Shown here one piece after another: positions 1-5,965 of a DNA stretch of 16,201 nt (position 1 is its first letter; each line of letters begins with the position of its first letter). The translations under genes were made by a program, and so were the position numbers. The stretch is from a virus: positions 1 to 16,201 of IMG/VR virus record IMGVR_UViG_3300045988_118631; one strand, 5' to 3'. The notes under the pieces are model-generated. The model did not search any database and was not told the origin of the DNA. It worked only from the letters and a program-made list of their open reading frames with translations.

Positions 1-55
1 AATATGGACTGTGACGCAATCCCGAGGTTGCAGGTTCGAGTCCTGTCGGAGGCGC
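1..55 (+). repeat. Terminal direct repeat, copy 1 (identical to 16147-16201)
   Basis: Read directly: aatatggactgtgacgcaatcccgaggttgcaggttcgagtcctgtcggaggcgc occurs at both window ends. The repeat is cut by the window edges, so its true extent is unknown. Confidence 0.97.
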
Positions 56-309
56 GTTTCCCGTCCGGTCGGAGTTACCAGATCTACGACCGAGACGCCT
101 AGCGCCCTGGCTAGACTGTCCAATTCTTCAAGCTGCCAGGGCCGTTCACCTCGCCACCGCTTGGTAATGGCACCCTGCGATATGCCGAGTCTTTGCCCTA
201 GTCGCACCTGGTTAAAGCCAGCCCGCGCCGCCTCGGCGCGAACGTTCGCCGCGACGACGTCGCGCGTCGTGATCGCGGGCGCGGGGGAGAAGCTAGTTAG
301 TGTGCTCAT
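1..309 (-). CDS. XRE-family helix-turn-helix repressor (cI-like), partial. ATG at 309-307; the ORF is still open at window position 1
   Basis: My own minus-strand translation: MSTLTSFSPAPAITTRDVVAANVRAEAARAGFNQVRLGQRLGISQGAITKRWRGERPWQLEELDSLARALGVSVVDLVTPTGRETRLRQDSNLQPRDCVTVHI... It is absent from the ORF track because it has no stop in the window. It has an HTH_XRE-type motif, is divergent from the cro-like gene, and its last ~35 codons overlie the tRNA-like segment. Confidence 0.8.
   Translation of the reverse strand, partial: MSTLTSFSPAPAITTRDVVAANVRAEAARAGFNQVRLGQRLGISQGAITKRWRGERPWQLEELDSLARALGVSVVDLVTPTGRETRLRQDSNLQPRDCVTVHI
20..54 (+). other. tRNA 3'-half-like segment (variable loop, T-arm, 3' acceptor strand, discriminator); candidate attP core. 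Duplicate at 16166-16200
   Basis: gcagg-TTCGAGT-cctgt is a canonical T-stem/T-loop (GGTTCGAGTCC). It is followed by a 7-nt acceptor strand cggaggc and discriminator g. Upstream sequence does not form an anticodon or D arm, so this is a tRNA fragment or mimic, as expected for an attP of a tRNA-targeting tyrosine integrase. Confidence 0.6.
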
Positions 310-319
310 GTGCCCATGA

Positions 320-331
320 TAGTCCAAAATG
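320..331 (+). promoter_or_regulatory. Candidate operator half/site 1 (TAGTCCAAAATG)
   Basis: 11/12 identical to 385-396. Lies next to the repressor start. Confidence 0.35.
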
Positions 332-384
332 GCATAAGAGTATGACCGCCGTACACAAATTAGCTGGCCTGTCCTGTTGATTAT

Positions 385-396
385 TAGTCCGAAATG
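385..396 (+). promoter_or_regulatory. Candidate operator half/site 2 (TAGTCCGAAATG)
   Basis: 11/12 identical to 320-331. It is embedded in the imperfect palindrome TAGTccgaaatgaACTA (385-401), just upstream of the cro-like ATG. Confidence 0.35.
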
Positions 397-411
397 AACT
401 AAACCAGCCGT

Positions 412-633
412 ATGACTCTCGCTCAGGACTTCGTCACCCTTGAAGTGACTCGATACATGCGCGCGGCTGGCCTCAATCAAGAGACCATGGCCGCATCAAT
501 TGGTGTCCAACAGTCCGTCCTCTCAAAAAAGCTCCTCGGTTTGCGCCGCTGGTCCATCAATGACCTGGATCGCTTAGCGGACGCGGGTGTCCCTATTCAT
601 CTCACCACATCGACGCTAGACCGGGAGCACTGA
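412..633 (+). CDS. Cro-like XRE-family HTH protein (73 aa)
   Basis: GLNQETMAASIGVQQSVLSKKLLGLRRWSINDLDRLADAGV aligns by eye with the repressor's GFNQVRLGQRLGISQGAITKRWRGERPWQLEELDSLARALGV. It is the first gene of the plus-strand block. Confidence 0.75.
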   Translation: MTLAQDFVTLEVTRYMRAAGLNQETMAASIGVQQSVLSKKLLGLRRWSINDLDRLADAGVPIHLTTSTLDREH

Positions 634-636
634 CTC

Positions 637-837
637 ATGAGCTATCGAATTGACTGGACCCAGTTCCTCGCCGCCCTCGTGGCGCTGGCATCCTATGGCG
701 CGACTATCGCCGCCATGTTCGCGTTCTACATCCCGTGGCCTATCACGGTCCCGCTCATGGCCGTGACCTTCATTGCCGCTGGCATCTGGTCGCACCGTCG
801 CGACGTGAACGAGATGGGAGATGCCTCCAATGAGTAA
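637..837 (+). CDS. Small membrane protein, two predicted TM helices (66 aa)
   Basis: GGGAG lies 9 nt upstream of the ATG. Hydrophobic stretches: FLAALVALASYGATIAAMFAFYI and ITVPLMAVTFIAAGIW. Confidence 0.65.
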   Translation: MSYRIDWTQFLAALVALASYGATIAAMFAFYIPWPITVPLMAVTFIAAGIWSHRRDVNEMGDASNE

Positions 838-1021
838 CCGACTCGCAGACAACATCTCCCCGGCCCTCATGGCAGAACTCGATCAGACCGCCGCCGAAAT
901 GCTCGCCATGGTATTCATTCACCGAAACGGCGAAGTAGAGATGCACGCCCGCGCCGACATCTCGCGCCCCGGCGTCGCCGCCGCCCTTCGCCGTCTCGCC
1001 GATGAGGTGGAGCAGGCATGA
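821..1021 (+). CDS. Hypothetical early protein (66 aa; ATG at 830 is the better-spaced start)
   Basis: ORF in the operon frame pattern. GGGAG (816-820) sits 9 nt before ATG 830. The stop overlaps the next start (ATGA at 1018). Confidence 0.5.
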   Translation: MPPMSNRLADNISPALMAELDQTAAEMLAMVFIHRNGEVEMHARADISRPGVAAALRRLADEVEQA

Positions 1022-1221
1022 TTACCAGCTCCGACGCCGCTATTGTCCGCTCGCTCCTGCGCAAAGCCCAAGCGGTTAGCCTCCAGCGCGCCGAAGACGC
1101 CGCCAATACTGGCGTCCCCGGCGCGAAGCGCCTACGCCCCAAGGACCGCGCGACCAAGGCAAAGCTCGTTCACTGTTACGTGACCGTGGCCGTGCGCTAC
1201 ATGATCGAAGGTCAGCAATGA
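1018..1221 (+). CDS. Hypothetical basic early protein (67 aa)
   Basis: ATGA-coupled at both ends, with GGTGGAG upstream. No motif recognised. Confidence 0.5.
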   Translation: MITSSDAAIVRSLLRKAQAVSLQRAEDAANTGVPGAKRLRPKDRATKAKLVHCYVTVAVRYMIEGQQ

Positions 1222-2243
1222 CCACCGCCGTTGCTTGGACCGATCAGGACCGCGCCGACTTTATCGCCGCCGCCCGCGCCGCGATCAGCGGCCCCCGTGC
1301 CGAGGATGCCGCCGCCCAACCGGCGACCGTGCCAGCGCCGAGGGCGCGCGGCGTCCTCAATGCCGGGATGAGCTTCACCTCCATTCTCGCGGCGCTCTCT
1401 CGGATCGGATGGGGACCGCTTAGGGGACGTGAATTCGCCGCCTCGCGGGCGATCCTGGATACCCTCGCCCTACTTGCTCACGACACCCGCGCCGACCTCT
1501 CGGCGACCGTGCAAACCACCGCCCGCCAGCTCGCCAAGCGCGCCGGTTACTCCCTTCGCCACACGTCGCGTTGCCTCCAATGGCTCGAAGACGCTGGCGT
1601 GATCGAGTGGCACCGGGGCGGCATCAGGATGGGAGCGCCGACCGTGGGCGTCATCAAAGTGATGAAGCGCGTCCTCGTGGACTGGACGCTGGCCTTCCGC
1701 CGCGCCTCCGACGCCGAAGACCGAGCCCGCAACGCTGCGACCCGCGCCCGCATCCAGCTTTACCGCATTCGCCGAAACACGGCCCGCCCGAAGCCGCTCG
1801 AAGCCCATGTGGACATGAGTACGCCCCATCCTTCCCTACGGGATGAGGGGGCCGCTACGGCGTCCCCTCGTTCGTCCCGAAAGAAGAATGTTCCGACCAG
1901 AAAGGAAGAAGACACCGATATGCCGAAGTACCGCCCCACCTACATGACCTACCTAGCCACCGAGTGCAAGCACGGTGAACCCTCATCTGACCGCTGCAAC
2001 CGCTGCAGGTATGAAGCAATCATGCGACAGCAGCAAGCCGCCGAAGCCGAAAGAGCCGCCGCAGAGCGGCGGCGCAAAGAAGAAGAGGAAGAGCAGACAT
2101 CTAGCACGCTGGCCCCGTGGCCCCCGGCGTTTGCTGAGTACATGCAATCCACCTACCCAGACGCTCACTATCGCTCATGGGCGCGCCTGGCCCTGAAGGA
2201 CGACACCGCAAAGGAACTCCTAAATGCCAACGCCGCTGCCTGA
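1218..2243 (+). CDS. Winged-helix (HTH_36-like) DNA-binding protein, putative replication initiator (341 aa)
   Basis: TARQLAKRAGYSLRHTSRCLQWLEDAGVIEWHRGG resembles the wHTH of plasmid/prophage replication initiators. The C-terminal part has a Cys cluster (CKHGEPSSDRCNRCRY) and a charged RRRKEEEEEQ tract. It is the only replication-type gene seen. Confidence 0.6.
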   Translation: MTTAVAWTDQDRADFIAAARAAISGPRAEDAAAQPATVPAPRARGVLNAGMSFTSILAALSRIGWGPLRGREFAASRAILDTLALLAHDTRADLSATVQTTARQLAKRAGYSLRHTSRCLQWLEDAGVIEWHRGGIRMGAPTVGVIKVMKRVLVDWTLAFRRASDAEDRARNAATRARIQLYRIRRNTARPKPLEAHVDMSTPHPSLRDEGAATASPRSSRKKNVPTRKEEDTDMPKYRPTYMTYLATECKHGEPSSDRCNRCRYEAIMRQQQAAEAERAAAERRRKEEEEEQTSSTLAPWPPAFAEYMQSTYPDAHYRSWARLALKDDTAKELLNANAAA

Positions 2244-2469
2244 CTCTCGCGCCGTCGTCGCCGACATTGCGACCGACATTGAAGCCGCCGCCATGCGCGC
2301 ACACGAAGCATTGAACGGGGCCTCGCCCTACTCGATGAGCTCACCTCAGTTCCGGCTCGCAGGTATGACTCTCCAGATCGCCAGCCTCGCCCGCCAGATG
2401 CGTGATGAGATCGCCGCCAGCTACCCGCCCCCGCCCCCGCCCCCCACCGTCTACGGGCCGCGCCGATGA
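2224..2469 (+). CDS. Hypothetical protein with a C-terminal poly-proline run (81 aa)
   Basis: The ORF fills the gap between the Rep-like and HNH genes, with an ATGA overlap to HNH. Contains PPPPPPP. The start is uncertain (20-nt overlap with the upstream gene). Confidence 0.45.
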   Translation: MPTPLPDSRAVVADIATDIEAAAMRAHEALNGASPYSMSSPQFRLAGMTLQIASLARQMRDEIAASYPPPPPPPTVYGPRR

Positions 2470-2777
2470 GCTGGGACGGCTCCAAGGTCCGCCGACTCGC
2501 TAACCAGGTGCTTGGCCGGTACGGCTCCACATGCTGGCTATGTGGCAAGCCCATCGACCTGGCAGCGTCCCGCCGCTCGCCCCTCGGCCTGACCGTCGAT
2601 CACGTCGTGCCCCGCTCGAAGGGCGGCACCGATGACATCACCAACCTGCGACCAGCTCACCACCACTGCAACACAAGCAGGCAAGCCCGCCCCGCCTCGG
2701 ACTACCAACCACCCCGGTCCTGGTCTGGCTCTGGCTCATGGCCAGGCCTGACCGCACCGGCTAACCCGTGTTCTTAG
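2466..2777 (+). CDS. HNH endonuclease (103 aa)
   Basis: CWLCGKPI...LTVDHVVPRSKGGTDDITNLRPAHHHCN is a classic HNH/Cys-box motif. It sits directly upstream of the terminase genes, as in HK97-like cos phages. Confidence 0.9.
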   Translation: MSWDGSKVRRLANQVLGRYGSTCWLCGKPIDLAASRRSPLGLTVDHVVPRSKGGTDDITNLRPAHHHCNTSRQARPASDYQPPRSWSGSGSWPGLTAPANPCS

Positions 2778-2876
2778 ACACACCGCCAGGCAGTCCCCGC
2801 CCCCAACTTCCTGTTCCCCCCGACGCCCAGATAAACGGGCCCGAAACGGCCCAAACCCAGAACGGAAACACGAATC
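2778..2876. promoter_or_regulatory. HNH-terminase intergenic region; candidate cos / small-terminase recognition site
   Basis: One of the few non-coding gaps. It has a C-rich, G-poor tract (2791-2828), then AAACGGGCCC / AAACGGCCC / AAACCC / GAACGGAAAC motifs (2833-2870). Confidence 0.25.
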
Positions 2877-3209
2877 ATGCGCGAAATGACCAACGAACTG
2901 TTCCAAGTGGAACCACCCCCAACGGGGGAGATCGAAGACGCCGTGCGCGAAGCCTTCGATGACCTAGACGCCAAGGGCGTCCTCGGCCCAATCGAGAAGG
3001 CGAAGCGCGCCGCGCTCACCAAAGCCGCCGCCGCCCTTGATCGAAGCCTGAACGGCGGCGCGCCGAGCGTCGCGACCTCCAACGTCCTGAAAAACGTCCT
3101 GGAATCGCTCGATAGTCTTCCCCGCCCCGCCGAGGGAACCGACCGCGAACTGGACGCCTTCGACGCGGCCCTAGCCGAGCTCACCCACGACGCCCTGACC
3201 GCATCATGA
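2877..3209 (+). CDS. Putative terminase small subunit (110 aa)
   Basis: Called mainly from position (between HNH and the large terminase, ATGA-coupled to the latter). It is small, acidic and looks helical. No diagnostic motif. Confidence 0.45.
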   Translation: MREMTNELFQVEPPPTGEIEDAVREAFDDLDAKGVLGPIEKAKRAALTKAAAALDRSLNGGAPSVATSNVLKNVLESLDSLPRPAEGTDRELDAFDAALAELTHDALTAS

Positions 3210-4606
3210 GCGCCGCCCCGAAGTATGCGACCCGCCGCAACCCGGCTAACCCCACGTTCGGCGCTCGGATCGCCGCGACCGCCGCATTCCTCGGCGGCTC
3301 GCTCATGCCTTGGCAACGCCAGGTCGCCGACGTCGCCCTAGAGCTCGACCCAGACACGCCGGGGGCCTGGAGGTATCCCGTCGTCGTCGTCACCGTGCCC
3401 CGCCAGGCCGGTAAGAGTTTCCTCCTGCGCGCCGTCATGGTGGATCGCATGATGGCCTACAACCGGCACGAAATTCTCATGACAGCGCAGACCGGCAAAG
3501 ACGCTCGCAAACGGTGGAAACAGATCAACACCGCACTCAACGCAGAAAAAAAGCCCGGCTATTTCAGGGTGTACGCCTCGCAGGGCTCCGAGCGGACCGA
3601 GTACTTGAAGCGCGGCTCGTTCATCTCGCCGTTCGCGCCGACGCCGAAGTCAATCCATGGCGATTCGTTGCATTTGGTTACCGTCGATGAGGCGTGGGCT
3701 TTCGACGCAGAAGCAGGCCTTGCCCTGGAGACAGCGATCAACCCTACCCAGCTCACAATCAAGGACTCGCAGCTGTGGATCGTCTCCACCAAGGGCACGG
3801 ACAAATCGGCGTATCTCAATGAGCTGATCCGCCAGGGCAGGAAGTCAGTGGAAGACCCACATAGCCGTATGTGTTTCTTCGAGTGGTCAGCCGATGAAGA
3901 AGCCGCCGAGCGCGACCCCTACAGCGACGAAACCCTGTCCTTCCACCCTGCGCTAGGACACACGCAGACCGCCGACAAAATCAGGGCCCTACGATCCGAC
4001 AACCTCGCCTCGTGGCGTCGCTCGATCCTGAACCTGGAGACCGCCGCCGAGGAAACAGCCGTGGACATCCACCTGTTTAGCTCGCTCATGGACCTGGACC
4101 TGACCGCCCCCGATCCCTCGCGCGTCTGCCTCGCCGTCGATCTCGCCGCCGACCGATCCGCCGCGACAATCGCCGCCGCCTGGCTCGATGACGACGGCGA
4201 CCCCTGCCTAGCAACAGTGGCATCAGGGCCCGGCATCGACTGGGTACGCCCCGCCCTTCATGGCCTCCAGGCCGCTGGGTATGCGTGGATCGGATGCGAT
4301 CCAGCGGGCCCCACGCGAACGCTCGCCGCCGATCTCGACGCCGAGGGGACACCGATCACGACACTGGCCACCCGCGAATATGCCTCGGCGTGCCAGCTAT
4401 TCCTAGATCGAGTGAACGCGAAGCGCCTCACGCACGACGGCAACCAAGAGCTCATCAAAGCGACCGGGGCAGTTGTCCTGCGACAGCTATCGGGAGTGAC
4501 CGCTTTCGACGTCGCTAAATCGCCGCGCCCCATCGACGCCCTACGCGCCGGGGCCGTCGCCGTATGGGCCGCGTGTCAGCCACGGCCCGGCATCCAAATC
4601 TACTGA
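3206..4606 (+). CDS. terL: Terminase large subunit (466 aa)
   Basis: Walker A-like VPRQAGKS, Walker B-like LHLVTVDEAW, and a C-terminal nuclease-type CLAVDLAADRSAATIAAAW. Located upstream of the portal gene. Confidence 0.92.
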   Translation: MSAAPKYATRRNPANPTFGARIAATAAFLGGSLMPWQRQVADVALELDPDTPGAWRYPVVVVTVPRQAGKSFLLRAVMVDRMMAYNRHEILMTAQTGKDARKRWKQINTALNAEKKPGYFRVYASQGSERTEYLKRGSFISPFAPTPKSIHGDSLHLVTVDEAWAFDAEAGLALETAINPTQLTIKDSQLWIVSTKGTDKSAYLNELIRQGRKSVEDPHSRMCFFEWSADEEAAERDPYSDETLSFHPALGHTQTADKIRALRSDNLASWRRSILNLETAAEETAVDIHLFSSLMDLDLTAPDPSRVCLAVDLAADRSAATIAAAWLDDDGDPCLATVASGPGIDWVRPALHGLQAAGYAWIGCDPAGPTRTLAADLDAEGTPITTLATREYASACQLFLDRVNAKRLTHDGNQELIKATGAVVLRQLSGVTAFDVAKSPRPIDALRAGAVAVWAACQPRPGIQIY

Positions 4607-4625
4607 CCATCCAGGGAGCCACATC

Positions 4626-4811
4626 ATGCGCATCCACGTTGACGCCTCGGCTTGTACCTTCCTGCCCATGTGCGAGTGCGGTTGGAGGGGCCTCCCCGCC
4701 GCCTCGCATGAGCGCGCCCTGACCCAGGTCTCCGAGCATGAGAGGTACGCGCACCCCGGCGACCGGCACGCCCGCCGCGCTCTCAGCGCGTACCGCTGGC
4801 GACACGTATAA
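4626..4811 (+). CDS. Small Cys/His-rich hypothetical protein (61 aa)
   Basis: GGGAG lies 7 nt upstream of the ATG. Sequence ACTFLPMCECGW plus several His. Located between terminase and portal. Confidence 0.55.
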   Translation: MRIHVDASACTFLPMCECGWRGLPAASHERALTQVSEHERYAHPGDRHARRALSAYRWRHV

Positions 4812-4849
4812 GCCGGGATGCGAATCGGGTACCCCGCATACTCTCAGCC

Positions 4850-5965
4850 ATGGCCTCCCTCGCATCCCTATTCGGCTTCCACCGCGCCGAGACCGGCGCG
4901 CCGATCCCAGCGGGCATCACGCCGCCCGCACGGGAAGCGGCGCTCATCACCGAGCGCGGCGCGCTCGCCCTGGACTCGGTCTATCGCGCCGTGAGTGTCC
5001 TCCAGGCCGCTGGCAAGCAAATCTCGCTCGATGCCTGGCGAGACGGCTCGCAGCTCGAAGGCCGCGACATGCCCACCGTCGTCGCGACGCCCGGCCCCGA
5101 TCTGACCCCTACGGCGCTCATTGCCGAGACAATCGCCAGCCTCGCCCTCCGAGGAAACGCCTATTGGCTCATTGGCCGTACCGGCGACGGGCGCGCAAAC
5201 TCGCTGCGCGTCCTGGACCCAACCCAGTGCCTTCCCGTCCTGGACAACAACACGGGCGAACGCAGCGTGCAATGGCGATCGCGCACCTGGAAACCCGATC
5301 AGATTCGGCACCTGCGATTGACCTACATCCCCGGCGAAGCCGCTGGCCTCGGCCCGATCCAGGCGTGCGCGCGATCCCTCCAGGGTGCAACCGAAATGGC
5401 ATCCTACGCCGCGAACTGGACCCACGGCGGCGGCGTGCCTACCGGCGTCCTATCCACGGAGCAGCCGATCACCGCCGCACAAGCTGCCGACGCTAAGCGC
5501 GCCTGGAATGACTCAAACTCCCAGAGCGGCGGCGTGGCCGTCATCGGCGCGGGACTCAAATACTCGCCCCTACACCTCACACCGAGTGAGATTCAGTTCC
5601 TGGAGTCCCGCGCCTTCGACGTCCTGGCAGTCGGTCGCATGTTTGGTATCCCCGCGCACATGCTCCTAGCGGCGGTGAACGGATCGAGTCTGACCTACCA
5701 GAACATTAACGACGCCGCGACGGACTTCATTCGGTGGACCCTCATGGCCTACCTCCGAGAGATCGAAGACGCCCTAACCGCAATCGTCCCGCGCGGTACG
5801 ACCGTTCGCTTCAACCTGGACGCGATCCTGCGCGCGACCCCCGCCGCCCGCATGGCTACACATAAGACCGCTATCGACGCCGGCATTTACACCCCCGAGT
5901 ATGCGCGCCGCATCGAAGGGATCACCGACGACGCCGCAACCGACAAGGACACCCCGCATGAATGA
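4850..5965 (+). CDS. Portal protein, HK97 family (371 aa)
   Basis: Size, position and HK97-portal-like stretches (LRGNAYWL, FLESRAFDV, MFGIPAHML). The stop overlaps the next start (ATGAATGA). Confidence 0.9.
   Translation: MASLASLFGFHRAETGAPIPAGITPPAREAALITERGALALDSVYRAVSVLQAAGKQISLDAWRDGSQLEGRDMPTVVATPGPDLTPTALIAETIASLALRGNAYWLIGRTGDGRANSLRVLDPTQCLPVLDNNTGERSVQWRSRTWKPDQIRHLRLTYIPGEAAGLGPIQACARSLQGATEMASYAANWTHGGGVPTGVLSTEQPITAAQAADAKRAWNDSNSQSGGVAVIGAGLKYSPLHLTPSEIQFLESRAFDVLAVGRMFGIPAHMLLAAVNGSSLTYQNINDAATDFIRWTLMAYLREIEDALTAIVPRGTTVRFNLDAILRATPAARMATHKTAIDAGIYTPEYARRIEGITDDAATDKDTPHE

Larger units (their letters stand above)
310..411. promoter_or_regulatory. Divergent repressor/cro intergenic switch region
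   Basis: This 102-bp tract is clearly more AT-rich than the rest of the window. It lies between divergent HTH genes and contains two near-identical 12-mers. No Shine-Dalgarno sequence is visible before the cro-like ATG at 412, so a leaderless transcript is possible. Confidence 0.5.

Noticed and set aside
11-319. 102-aa plus-strand ORF in the track
   Set aside because: It is Arg/Ser/Cys-rich with no motif. It is the antisense shadow of the clearly HTH-bearing minus-strand repressor ORF (309 to <1), which the track misses because that ORF has no stop in the window.
4812-4849. Possible terminator hairpin (atgcg...cgcat, with internal GGGTACCC) before the portal gene
   Set aside because: The stem is only about 5 bp with a 12-nt loop and no T-run. 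It lies inside an operon that must read through, so it is not convincing as a terminator.
4738-5496. 252-aa Arg/Pro-rich plus-strand ORF overlapping the portal gene out of frame (similar ORFs at 7737-8114 and 13042-13413)
   Set aside because: The composition (poly-Arg/Pro) is what off-frame reading of GC-rich coding DNA gives. The portal frame carries recognisable motifs.
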